A DNA stretch of 64,000 nt, from the NCBI GenBank assembly GCA_032128115.1, contig JAQBHB010000018.1:1-64000 (forward strand), given 5' to 3'. Positions 50,559 through 61,202 of the stretch are shown piece after piece. The position numbers were made by a program, and so were the translations under genes. The notes beneath the pieces were generated by a model that saw nothing but the letters and a program-made list of their open reading frames with translations, searched no databases and was not told the DNA's origin. Numbering within the stretch: the stretch's first letter is position 1; each line of letters starts with the position of its first letter. The stretch is from Deltaproteobacteria bacterium. GTDB taxonomy: Bacteria; Myxococcota_A; UBA9160; SMWR01.

Positions 50559-52375
50559 CCCTGCTCCCGCTCCGGCGTCCGCAGCGTCCGCAGAGACAAC
50601 TCCCGCAGGGCGTCGTCGGGAACCGGGGTGGGCGCGTCCATGAGCAGGTCCTGGCCGCGCTGGGTCTTGGGAAACGCGATCACGTCGCGCAGGCTGGGCG
50701 CAGCGGCCAACACCATGACCCAGCGGTCGTAGCCGAAAGCAAAGCCACCGTGGGGAGGCGCGCCCGCGTCCAGGGCGTTGAGCAGGAAACCGAAGTTCCG
50801 CTCCGCTTCTTGCTTGGGATATCCGAGCACTTCGAAGATCCGGCGCTGCACGTCGCTCCGATGGTTGCGGAGACTCCCCGAGCCCAGCTCGACTCCGTTC
50901 AGCACCACGTCGTAGTGGGTGCCGCGCACACGCTCGGGCGCAGTCTCCAGCAGCGGCAGGTCCTCGTCGAGCGGGGCCACGAACGGTTGGTGCGCATAGG
51001 TGAGGCCGCCGCGTTCGTCGCGCTCGAAGAGCGGAAAGTCCACCACGAACAACACGTCCCAGGGACGCGGGTCGACGCGGCCCAGGCGCTGGCCCAGATC
51101 GGTGCGCAGGCGCGCCAGGATGGCATTGGCGCGAGCCGCATCGTCCGCCTGGAACAACAGCAGGCTGCCCGGACGCGCGCCGGTGAGTTCGCTGATGGAC
51201 TCGCGCTCGGCGTCGGACAGGAACTTCGCGATGGGGCTCTGCCAGGCGCCGTCGTCGCCGACCCGGATCCAGGCAAGGCCCTTGGCCCCGAGCTCCTTCT
51301 TGGCAAACTTCTCCAGGCGATCCACCTCCCCCCGCGAAAGCTCGCCCGCGTCGTGCACGGGCAGGCACTTCACGATCCCGCCGCGGTCCACGTTCTCGCG
51401 GAAGGCCCGGAGACCGCTCTCGCGGAACACCGGGGTCAGATCCACCAGCGCCAGCTGGATACGCGTGTCGGGGCGGTCGCTCCCATAGCGCGCCATGGCG
51501 TCAGCGTGGGAAATGCGCGCAAAGGGACGCGACAGCTCAACCCCCGTTGCCTCGGCACACCCGGCAACGGTGATCTCCTCCAGGACGTCGAGCACGTCAT
51601 CGACCTCTACGAAGGACATCTCCAGGTCGATCTGGGTGAACTCGAGCTGGCGGTCGGCGCGCTGGTCTTCGTCGCGGAAGCAGCGGACGATCTGGAAGTA
51701 GCGGTCGAAGCCGGCGATCATCAGCAGCTGCTTCATGATCTGGGGCGACTGGGGCAGCGCGTAGAACGAGCCGGGCTGCAGCCTGCTGGGCACGAGAAAG
51801 TCGCGCGCCCCCTCGGGCGTGGACTTCGTGAGCATGGGCGTCTCGATCTCCAGGAACCCGCGCTCGGAAAGCAGCCGCCGCACCGACTGGTACAGGCGAT
51901 GGCGCAGGCGCAGGGCCCGCTGCAGGGGCGGACGCCGCAGATCCTGGATGCGATAGCGCAGACGTGTGCCCTCGTCGGCGTCGGTCTCTTCTTCGATGGC
52001 AAAGGGCGGCGGCGACGCGCGATTGAGCAGCCGCAGGTCGCGCACCGCCACTTCGACCTCGCCCGTGGGCAGGTTTGGATTCACGGTTTCCGGAGAGCGA
52101 CGCTGAACGGTGCCCTCGACGCCGATCACGTACTCCGAGCGAAGCTCCGCGGCCCGGCGGTGGGCCTGCTCGCTCACGTCCGGGCGGAACACCACCTGCA
52201 CCAGGTGCTCGCGGTCGCGCAGGTCCACGAAGATCACGCCACCGTGGTCGCGCCGGCGGTGCACCCAACCCGCGAGCGTGACCGTCTCGCCCACCCGCTC
52301 GCTCGTCACCTCGCCGGCCGCGTGGCTTCGGCGCAGGCCAGTCATCGCATCGAGATCGGATTCGCCGCGCGCCAC
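50555..52375 (-). CDS. aspS: Aspartate--tRNA ligase, probably non-discriminating (Asp/Asn)
   Basis: GWVHRRRDHGG, TPEGARDF, LPQSPQ..KQ, CFRDED.RADRQ, GAPPHGG; start between 52345 and 52390. Confidence 0.96.
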   Translation of the reverse strand: MARGESDLDAMTGLRRSHAAGEVTSERVGETVTLAGWVHRRRDHGGVIFVDLRDREHLVQVVFRPDVSEQAHRRAAELRSEYVIGVEGTVQRRSPETVNPNLPTGEVEVAVRDLRLLNRASPPPFAIEEETDADEGTRLRYRIQDLRRPPLQRALRLRHRLYQSVRRLLSERGFLEIETPMLTKSTPEGARDFLVPSRLQPGSFYALPQSPQIMKQLLMIAGFDRYFQIVRCFRDEDQRADRQLEFTQIDLEMSFVEVDDVLDVLEEITVAGCAEATGVELSRPFARISHADAMARYGSDRPDTRIQLALVDLTPVFRESGLRAFRENVDRGGIVKCLPVHDAGELSRGEVDRLEKFAKKELGAKGLAWIRVGDDGAWQSPIAKFLSDAERESISELTGARPGSLLLFQADDAARANAILARLRTDLGQRLGRVDPRPWDVLFVVDFPLFERDERGGLTYAHQPFVAPLDEDLPLLETAPERVRGTHYDVVLNGVELGSGSLRNHRSDVQRRIFEVLGYPKQEAERNFGFLLNALDAGAPPHGGFAFGYDRWVMVLAAAPSLRDVIAFPKTQRGQDLLMDAPTPVPDDALRELSLRTLRTPEREQG

Positions 52376-52395
52376 CGACTGCCTCGTCACCCAGA

Positions 52396-52458
52396 TCGTC
52401 CGGTCCGTCCGGTCCGTCCGGTTCGTCTGGTTCGTCTGGTTCGTCTGGTTCGTCTGTT
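52396..52458. repeat. Seven tandem 9-nt units (YCGTCYGGT) directly upstream of aspS
   Basis: tcgtccggt, ccgtccggt x2, tcgtctggt x3, tcgtctgtt. Confidence 0.93.
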
Positions 52459-52476
52459 TCTGGAAAAACAGAATGA

Positions 52477-52489
52477 AATCAGCAGGTTG
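52477..52489 (+). promoter_or_regulatory. Candidate IHF binding site
   Basis: AATCAGCAGGTTG matches WATCARNNNNTTR, with an A-rich tract 5' of it. Confidence 0.45.
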
Positions 52490-52540
52490 GTTAGCGCAGA
52501 CGAATAGCCACCGCCAGCCGAGCCTGGCCGGTGGGGGCTC

Positions 52541-53932
52541 TCAAGCCAGATCCGAGGCCGAGCAGACGCAGTTGCGGCCCAACGACTTGGCGCGATACAT
52601 GGCCTTGTCGGCCAGATCCAGCAGCCCGTCGCGATCCAGACGATGGAGCGGGTACGCGGCGATTCCGATGCTGATGGTCAGACGGATGGGGGCGCCCCGG
52701 CTCCCCTCGAAGACACTGTCCGCCACCGAGCGCCGGATCCGCTCGGCAACCTCCCCGCCGGCACGCAGATTCGTGTCCTCCAACAAGATCGTGAATTCAT
52801 CGCCCCCGTAGCGCGCCAGGGTGTCCACCTGGCGGATGCACTGGAGCAGCAACACGGACAGGCGCCGCAGGGTCTGAGAACCCACCAGGTGCCCATGGCG
52901 GTCATTCACCAGCTTGAAGTGGTCCAGATCCAGGAACAGGACACACAGATCCTTGCCGTAGCGCTCGGCCCTCTGGATCTCGCGCTCGGTGGCCTCGAGC
53001 AGGTAGCGCGCGTTGTAGACTCCGGTGACATCGTCGATGAAGGCGCGTTCCTTGGCGTCGCTGTAGCGCTCGGCGTTTCCCAGGGCGATCTCCGCGTGCT
53101 GGGCGATCACGCGGGCGCGTTCGATCTCGTCTTCCTGGAACGGCCGACCGTCCTCGAAGAGCCAGATCACGCCGGACTCGGCTTCGCTTCCCACCAGGGG
53201 GATGGCCAGGGCCGGCCCGGCGTCGATGCCCGCCTCCTTCAAGCGTTCGTGCAGGACGCCCGCCTCCACCACCGCCAGGGCGTCGGCATGGGGCTCGACG
53301 GGCTTTTCGCCCGCCAGCAGATCCCGGAACCCGTGAGACTGATTCTGCTCGAAGCCGCGGAACGCCACCCCATCCGAGTTGGGGAGCTGCGGGCGCCGGA
53401 ACAGCGCGAGCCCCCGGACGCGGGGCAGCGCCGCCAACAGCAGGTCGAGCGCCACGCCGTACACCTCGTCGGCGTCCAGGCAGCGAAGCAGGGTCTCGCA
53501 GGATTCGAGCGTTCGAAGCGACGCCCGCAGCCGCGCATTCTCTCGGAGCAGGCGGCGCCCCGTGACCAGCCGCTCGACGCAGCGGGACAGCTCGGTCTGC
53601 TGCACCGGCTTGACCAGGTAGTCCACAGCACCCAGGCGCAGCGCGCCCACTGCACTCTCTACCGACGCGTGGGCCGTGAGCAGCACGAAGTCGGTGCCCG
53701 GGTGACTGCGTCGAACCCGTTCGAGGAGCTCGATCCCAGTCATTCCGGGCATCTCCAGATCGGAAAGGACCAGGTCGGCGGACTCGCGGCGCAACGCAGC
53801 CAGTGCCGCTTCGCCGTTCTCGCAGCACTCCACGCGGAAGCTCGGCGCAAGGCCATCGCGCACGAACTCGCGGGTGAGCCGATCGTCGTCGACCACCAAC
53901 ACCCGCGCACGTTCTTGGGGCCCCACCATCAT
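52541..53932 (-). CDS. Response regulator diguanylate cyclase (REC-GAF-GGDEF)
   Basis: VLVVDDD..SDLEMPG..KP; DLDHFK.VND..GH; RQVD I-site; RYGGDEF. Confidence 0.92.
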   Translation of the reverse strand: MMVGPQERARVLVVDDDRLTREFVRDGLAPSFRVECCENGEAALAALRRESADLVLSDLEMPGMTGIELLERVRRSHPGTDFVLLTAHASVESAVGALRLGAVDYLVKPVQQTELSRCVERLVTGRRLLRENARLRASLRTLESCETLLRCLDADEVYGVALDLLLAALPRVRGLALFRRPQLPNSDGVAFRGFEQNQSHGFRDLLAGEKPVEPHADALAVVEAGVLHERLKEAGIDAGPALAIPLVGSEAESGVIWLFEDGRPFQEDEIERARVIAQHAEIALGNAERYSDAKERAFIDDVTGVYNARYLLEATEREIQRAERYGKDLCVLFLDLDHFKLVNDRHGHLVGSQTLRRLSVLLLQCIRQVDTLARYGGDEFTILLEDTNLRAGGEVAERIRRSVADSVFEGSRGAPIRLTISIGIAAYPLHRLDRDGLLDLADKAMYRAKSLGRNCVCSASDLA

Positions 53933-54082
53933 CCGGATTCCCCGTTTCCCCACCCGTATCGGCGTATCGGCGCCCTGAGTTGCGTGCCTGAGAGGGTACC
54001 GAGGCAAGATGCCGGGATCGAGGGAGAATCGCCACGGCTGCGGCGGAGCCGAGCGAGGTCCGGGGGATTATCTTCGCGCCCC

Positions 54083-55711
54083 ATGCCCCCCCTCCAGGAA
54101 GAGCTCGATCGCTATCGCCGTGAGGTGGAGGGCTTTCGCTGGGACGCCCCGGATGCGTTCAACTTCGGCCGCGACGTGGTGGACGCTTTCGCGACCGATC
54201 CGGAGCGACCCGCCCTGCTGTGGCGCAACGCAGCGGGAGACGAGCGGCGCCTGACCTTCGAGAACGTGTCCCACGGCTCGAACCGGGCGGCGAACCTGTT
54301 GCGCTCCCTGGGCGTTGCGCCGGGTCAGCCAGTGATCGTGATGCTACCCCGCGTGCCCGAGTGGCAGATGGTCACGGTCGGCGCTCTCAAGGCCGGGGCC
54401 CTCGTGATTCCCTGCGCTTCGATCCTGCGCCCCAAGGACATCAGCTATCGCGCCGCGCACAGCGGCGCCGTGGCCGTGGTAACGACCCGCGCCCAGGCCG
54501 GCGCAGTGGACGCGGTGCGCGCAGACCTCCCGGGGCTTCGTCACTTCCTGGCGTTGGACGACGGGAGCGAGGCGCCCGCTGGCGACTGGCTCGACCTGAC
54601 TACGGCGATGGCAGCGGCGCCAAACGACGACAGCGCCGGACACCCGACCCGCGCGTCGGATCCCGCGCTGGTCTACTACACGTCCGGAACCACCGGCCCT
54701 CCCAAGGCGGTGTTGCACGACCACGCCTACACCTGGGCCCAGCGACACACCAGCCGCTTCTGGCACGCGCTTCGCGAGGGCGATCGACTCTGGACCACGA
54801 GCGACACGGGCTGGGCCAAGGCTGCATACGGTGTGATCTTCGGCCCGTGGAGTCTGGGCGCCGAGGTCTTCCTCTACGAGGGCCGCTTCGAGGCGCGCCG
54901 CGAGCTGGCGCTGTTGGCCGACGTGTCGCCCCAGGTCTTCTGCGCACCCCCCACGGAGTTCCGGATGCTGGTGAAGGAGAACCTGGCGGACTTCCGGTTT
55001 CCGGCACTGCGCGAGTGCGTTTCCGCAGGCGAGCCGCTCAACCCGGAGGTGATCCGGGCATGGCGCGACGCCACCGGGATTTCCATCCGCGATGGCTATG
55101 GCCAGACCGAGAGCATCCTGCTGATCGCCAACTTCCCGGGCATGGCGGTGCGTCCCGGCTCCATGGGACTGCCCATGCCGGGGCACGAGATCCAGGTGAT
55201 CGACGCGTCCGGAGATCCCCTGCCGCCGGGCGGGGTGGGTGACATCGCCGTGCGGGGACGGCCTCCGGGACTTTTCGCGGGCTACTGGAAGGACGACCTG
55301 GCCAGTGCCGCATGTCGCCGCGGCGACTGGTATGTCAGCGGGGACCGGGCCTACCGCGACGAGGACGGCTACTTCTGGTTCGTGGCCCGCGCCGACGACG
55401 TGATCATCTCGGCGGGCTACCGGATCGGACCGTTCGAGGTGGAGAGCGCGCTCCTGGAGCACCCGGACGTCGTGGAGGCGGCCGCCGTGGCCGCGCCCGA
55501 CCCGGACCGGGGTTCGATCGTGAAGGCCTACGTGGTGGTGCGCGAAGGGGTGGAGGCGGACGCGACCCTGGCCCGGCGCCTGCAGCAGCACGTGAAGGAC
55601 ACCACGGCACCCTACAAGTACCCCCGGGTCGTGGAGTTCGTGGACGAACTCCCCAAGACCGTGAGCGGGAAGATCCGACGGGTCGAGCTGCGGGAGCGGG
55701 CCGGACGCTGA
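54083..55711 (+). CDS. Acyl-CoA synthetase (medium-chain/ACSM-like)
   Basis: YYTSGTTGPPK, DTGWAK, GYGQTE, GD, RADDVI..GYRIGP.EVE, PKTVSGKIRR. Confidence 0.93.
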   Translation: MPPLQEELDRYRREVEGFRWDAPDAFNFGRDVVDAFATDPERPALLWRNAAGDERRLTFENVSHGSNRAANLLRSLGVAPGQPVIVMLPRVPEWQMVTVGALKAGALVIPCASILRPKDISYRAAHSGAVAVVTTRAQAGAVDAVRADLPGLRHFLALDDGSEAPAGDWLDLTTAMAAAPNDDSAGHPTRASDPALVYYTSGTTGPPKAVLHDHAYTWAQRHTSRFWHALREGDRLWTTSDTGWAKAAYGVIFGPWSLGAEVFLYEGRFEARRELALLADVSPQVFCAPPTEFRMLVKENLADFRFPALRECVSAGEPLNPEVIRAWRDATGISIRDGYGQTESILLIANFPGMAVRPGSMGLPMPGHEIQVIDASGDPLPPGGVGDIAVRGRPPGLFAGYWKDDLASAACRRGDWYVSGDRAYRDEDGYFWFVARADDVIISAGYRIGPFEVESALLEHPDVVEAAAVAAPDPDRGSIVKAYVVVREGVEADATLARRLQQHVKDTTAPYKYPRVVEFVDELPKTVSGKIRRVELRERAGR

Positions 55712-55738
55712 CGCGCCCGCCCACCGCGATCACGCGCC

Positions 55739-57214
55739 TCAGGAACGATTCAGCGGCGGCAGCACCTGGGACCAGCTGGCTCCCCGGTCCTGGCTGCGCA
55801 GCACCAGGCCGTCCTGCCCCACGATCAGACCCAGGCGATGCGCGCCATCGAAGTCCAGATCGCGCATGAACGTGAAGATCCGGGGAAAGCTTTCGCCCGG
55901 AGGCTGCCAGGTATTTCCCGAGTCATTGGAGAATCGGATGAAGCCCTTCTCGCCCACGGCGATGCCACGCTCACCGAAGCTGGCCACCGAGAACAGGGCC
56001 TGTTTGCGGTCCATGATCCGGTAGGCCCAGGTGCGGCCACCGTCGTCCGAGACCAGCATCACACCTCCCAGGCCGGCAATCATGCCGTTGTTCTCGTCCT
56101 TGAAGCGGACCGTATACAGATAGGGGTTCTGGATGACGCCCACCCGAAGCGTGGGCCGATCGGACTGGCGACCTTCGATGTAACGCGTCAGGAAGGTGGG
56201 GTCGTCCACCAGGAAGTCCTCGAAGTCCCAAGGCGGCTTGTTGGGGATGCGGAAGCGGTCGGAGAGCACCCCCGCGTCCTCGAGCACCGCGGTTGCCTCG
56301 CCGATGCGCGCCGATAGCAGGTCGAACAACGCGTAGGGATCCTGCGCGGAACCCAGAGCCGCCACCTCCTGAGGGCTCACGTAGGGCTCGATCAGGATGT
56401 TCAAGTGCGTCTCGTCGCCCACGTCGGCGGCGAAGCGGCGCAGCCGTTCCCCATCGGCGCCGCCGATCTCGATCTCGTTGTGCCCGAAGTAGATCGGGTC
56501 CATGCGTATGTCGCCGAGGATCTGCCCGGTCTCCCAGGTCTCTCCCATGTCGTCCGACCGATAGATGTATCCGAACTCACCGACCGCCCAGCATTTCTCG
56601 GGTTGGGCCGGCAGACAGAAGACGTTGTTGAGGCCCACGTCTTCGTAGACCTTCTCGCCACTGCGAACGCGCGCCTGGTCGCGCGCCTCGAGCCACACGA
56701 ACTGCGGGTGGTCGAACGCGATGGTGAGCGACCGATCCTCCCAGGTGGCTCCGCCGTCCCGGGTCAGGATCCGGGTTCCCCACTCCCCCACCGCCCACGC
56801 GATCTGGGAGTCGATGGCGTAGACGCCGAACAGGTGAGAGCCCTCGTCGGTCTTCAGGTTGGCCTGCCGCTTCCAGGTCTTGCCGCTGTCGTCGGTGCGC
56901 AGGATGGTGCCCAGCTGGCCCACCGCCCAACCGTGACGGTCGTCGGCCATGGAGACCGAGTACAAGGATTCCAGGGAATCCGTCTCACCCTTGCTCCAGA
57001 TCTCGCCGCCGTCCTCGGTCCAGTAGATGGCGCCCTGGTAACCCACGGCCACTGCGTTGTCCTCGTCGGCCACCGACACCGCGAACAGGTTGTCGAAGAT
57101 GTCGATGTCGCCAGGTGCGTAGCGCGGCGTGAAGTCGAGCACGTGGCAGCCGGTACCTGCCAGAGCCAGGGCTCCCACCAGGGCGATCAGAGGTCGCGTG
57201 CGAAGAATTCCCAT
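55739..57214 (-). CDS. YCF48/BNR-repeat beta-propeller lipoprotein with internal insertion
   Basis: Lipobox AGTGC; seven Asp-box-like [ST]xDxGxxW repeats. Confidence 0.8.
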   Translation of the reverse strand: MGILRTRPLIALVGALALAGTGCHVLDFTPRYAPGDIDIFDNLFAVSVADEDNAVAVGYQGAIYWTEDGGEIWSKGETDSLESLYSVSMADDRHGWAVGQLGTILRTDDSGKTWKRQANLKTDEGSHLFGVYAIDSQIAWAVGEWGTRILTRDGGATWEDRSLTIAFDHPQFVWLEARDQARVRSGEKVYEDVGLNNVFCLPAQPEKCWAVGEFGYIYRSDDMGETWETGQILGDIRMDPIYFGHNEIEIGGADGERLRRFAADVGDETHLNILIEPYVSPQEVAALGSAQDPYALFDLLSARIGEATAVLEDAGVLSDRFRIPNKPPWDFEDFLVDDPTFLTRYIEGRQSDRPTLRVGVIQNPYLYTVRFKDENNGMIAGLGGVMLVSDDGGRTWAYRIMDRKQALFSVASFGERGIAVGEKGFIRFSNDSGNTWQPPGESFPRIFTFMRDLDFDGAHRLGLIVGQDGLVLRSQDRGASWSQVLPPLNRS

Positions 57215-57396
57215 CGGAATGCCATCCCCCCGGACCGGGAACCCGGTCTGGTCTTCCGTCGGTGGGCCCGGAAGTCATCTCCCGAGCATCGGTTCCCGAG
57301 ACTTCAACCCCTGGAAACCCGGTTCTGTAAACTAGCCGCTTGCGCGTCGTCAAGGAACCGGATTCCGCCGAACCCATCGAAAACCCGCGAGGGGCC

Positions 57397-58767
57397 ATGC
57401 GGCCAACCGGGGGGTTGGCCCCGCACGCGGCCAAAAAACCCGTCGCAGCGCGGAAAACGCGCCGCTTCTGGCTGCGCCGGCTGGGGCTCTTGCAGGCCGC
57501 CAGGCTCGCCGGATGTGCCCTGGCGATCGCCTGGGATGCGCTGCTCGCGGGGGTGCACGGGGCGCAGGGCCGGGCGGGCTTCCCCCGCCGCGCAGCCGAC
57601 CGGGTCGTCTCGGCCCTGGGCGCACTCAAGGGCGCCTTTGCCAAGTTGGGACAGTTCGCCGCCCACCGGGTCGACGTGCTCCCCAGGTCGACCACCGAGG
57701 CGCTGGCTTCCCTGCGCGACCAGGTGCCCCCGGTGCCTCTCCAGACCTTGCGCCCCCTGCTGGAAGCGGAACTGGGCGCACCCCTGGAAGCATGCTTCGA
57801 GCAGTTCGAGCCCGAACCCCTGGGCGCCGCTTCCATCGCCCAGGTACACCGGGCGCGGCTTGCCGATGGCCGGCTCGTCGCAGTCAAGATCCAGTATCCG
57901 TGGCTGCGGTCGTCGCTTGCGGCCGACCTCCGGATCGTGCGGGCCCTGTGGGCACTGGCCTCGCCCTGGGGCACGACAGACAGCGGGGCCCGACGCCAGA
58001 TCCTCTCCGAGTTCGAGACCGGCCTGCGCGAAGAACTCGACTTCGCGCGCGAGGCGCAGATGGCCGCTGAGATCGCCACCAACCTGGCGGGCGACGATCA
58101 GATCGCGGTGCCCAGGGTGGTGGCCAGCCACTCATCGGCCCGCGTGCTCACCGTGGAGTACCAGGCCGCCGTCCCCATCACCGACCGGCTTGGCCTCGCC
58201 CGCATCGGCGTGGATCCGGGCGCGTTGGTTCCGATCCTGATGCGCGCCTACACCCAGCAGATGTTCGCAGACGGTCTCTTCCACGCCGATCCCCACCCGG
58301 GAAACCTGTTCGTCGTCGACGAGCCCGGGGCCGCCGAAAAGCCGCGCCTGCTGTTCGTGGACTTCGGGCTCAGCCGACGACTCGCCCCCGCTCTGCGCCG
58401 CGAAATCCGCCTGGGCATCCACGCCCTGCTCCGGCGCGACCTGGGCGCTTTTCTCGGCGGTATGGATCGCATGGGAATGATCGAATCCGGGCGCCGCGAC
58501 GATGTGGCCCGGGCCGTGACCGGGATGTTCCAGCGCATCGGCAGCCGGGGGGCATTGGGCGTCTCCGGCCGCGAAGTGCTTCCGCTCAAGGACGAGGCCA
58601 AGACCCTGCTTCAAGAGACACCCGGACTGCGCCTGCCCCACGATCTCCTGCTCTACGCGAAGACCCTCTCGTACGTGTTCGCCCTGGGTACGGACCTGGA
58701 TCCGGAGGTGGACCTGATGAAGCTCTCGCTGCCCTCGGTGCTCCGCTTCCTGGCCGAGAAGGACTGA
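57397..58767 (+). CDS. ABC1/AarF/UbiB family atypical kinase
   Basis: KLGQ, GAASIAQVH.A, VAVKIQYP, EELDF..EA, HADPHPGN, DFG. Confidence 0.92.
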   Translation: MRPTGGLAPHAAKKPVAARKTRRFWLRRLGLLQAARLAGCALAIAWDALLAGVHGAQGRAGFPRRAADRVVSALGALKGAFAKLGQFAAHRVDVLPRSTTEALASLRDQVPPVPLQTLRPLLEAELGAPLEACFEQFEPEPLGAASIAQVHRARLADGRLVAVKIQYPWLRSSLAADLRIVRALWALASPWGTTDSGARRQILSEFETGLREELDFAREAQMAAEIATNLAGDDQIAVPRVVASHSSARVLTVEYQAAVPITDRLGLARIGVDPGALVPILMRAYTQQMFADGLFHADPHPGNLFVVDEPGAAEKPRLLFVDFGLSRRLAPALRREIRLGIHALLRRDLGAFLGGMDRMGMIESGRRDDVARAVTGMFQRIGSRGALGVSGREVLPLKDEAKTLLQETPGLRLPHDLLLYAKTLSYVFALGTDLDPEVDLMKLSLPSVLRFLAEKD

Positions 58768-58787
58768 CGCCCCGGCGCGGGCCCGCC

Positions 58788-60023
<1,236 letters not shown>

Positions 60024-60097
60024 CTGGACCTCCGGAGGGCGAGTCTAACCAAAAAACCGTGGCGTCCGCGAAGGGGGATGCCGGCGAGCCCGCCGGA

Positions 60098-61144
60098 TCA
60101 GTGCGCGAACTGCAGGATCGAGTGGAACAGGGCCAGGGCCAGCAGGCCCGAGGCCACCAGCGGCAGGAAGCGCGCGTTCCGCAGGCCCGACACCTCGATC
60201 TGGTGCATGCACAACCACAGCATCAGGGTGTTGGGCAGCCGCGTGGTGCGCTCCGCGAGAACCGGAGAGATCGACAGGCGCAGGTCTCCCGGTCCCAGCA
60301 GGGCGATGGCGGCCACGGCGCACAGCCACACGCAGAGCAGCACGCCCGTGGTCTCGTCGCGTTGCCCGCCGGCCACCAGCGCCACCAGCCCCAACGCGAT
60401 TCCGCCGGCTGAAAAGACTCCAAGCACCTGGTAGGCGGCCCCGTCGAGCCCCAGAGCGACTGCGGCCCAGGCGTCGGCGCTGGGCCACCCCAGCAGGGGC
60501 AGCCACACGGTTTTCGACGCCAGCCAGTGGCCCAGGGTCGCCAGCTCGGGCCACATCGCTCGCGCCACCGGGCCCCCGTGCGACCCCGCCAGGCAGGCCA
60601 CCGCCTGCATCGCCATCACTCCGCCGAGGATCGCCAGGTGCACCCGGTAGGCCGATCCCGCGCGCCGGACCAGCCACACCAGCGCAGGCAACAACGTGAA
60701 GGCGAGCGGGCAGAGGGAGCAGAAGACCGCGAACAGAAGCTGGTGGATCCGCCGTGCAGTGCCCGTCGCGGTGCGCGCGCCAAGCAACACGAGTACGGCG
60801 CCCACGGCAGCGCACGACGTGAGCCCGGTCGGATCCGGCTGGATCTCCGCGCTGCCCGGAACCACCAGGAAGATGAGCAGGGCGAGGGCCTTGCGCGTCC
60901 AGCCCCGGAGCAGCCGCGCGGAGCTGGTCACGATCACTGCTGCGACGGCAAACGGGATCGCCATGGATCCGAGTGCCGACAGCGCGCTCGTTTCGACAGG
61001 GGTCGCGGCGTCGCGGAATGCGATGCAGAACATCGCCGCCGCGAGCAGGGCCACCCGCAGGAACGGCGCGTGCTCGTCCCCGGGCCGCCACCCGGACGGG
61101 CGGAATCCGGACAACCGTTTCCAGAAGCGCGCCCTGGCGTTCAT
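60098..61144 (-). CDS. Hypothetical polytopic membrane protein
   Basis: About 9 hydrophobic segments; fills the gap co-directionally; no recognised motif. Confidence 0.55.
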   Translation of the reverse strand: MNARARFWKRLSGFRPSGWRPGDEHAPFLRVALLAAAMFCIAFRDAATPVETSALSALGSMAIPFAVAAVIVTSSARLLRGWTRKALALLIFLVVPGSAEIQPDPTGLTSCAAVGAVLVLLGARTATGTARRIHQLLFAVFCSLCPLAFTLLPALVWLVRRAGSAYRVHLAILGGVMAMQAVACLAGSHGGPVARAMWPELATLGHWLASKTVWLPLLGWPSADAWAAVALGLDGAAYQVLGVFSAGGIALGLVALVAGGQRDETTGVLLCVWLCAVAAIALLGPGDLRLSISPVLAERTTRLPNTLMLWLCMHQIEVSGLRNARFLPLVASGLLALALFHSILQFAH

Positions 61145-61202
61145 CGCGCCGTCTCGTCAGGAGCTCGCTGCGGCGCGCTGGGCGCGCTCGCCGCGAGCGG
61201 CG

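Noticed and set aside
52643..54082. N-terminal half of the 1022-aa ORF as part of the acyl-CoA synthetase
   Set aside because: It overlaps the GGDEF gene on the opposite strand; synthetase similarity begins at ATG 54083.
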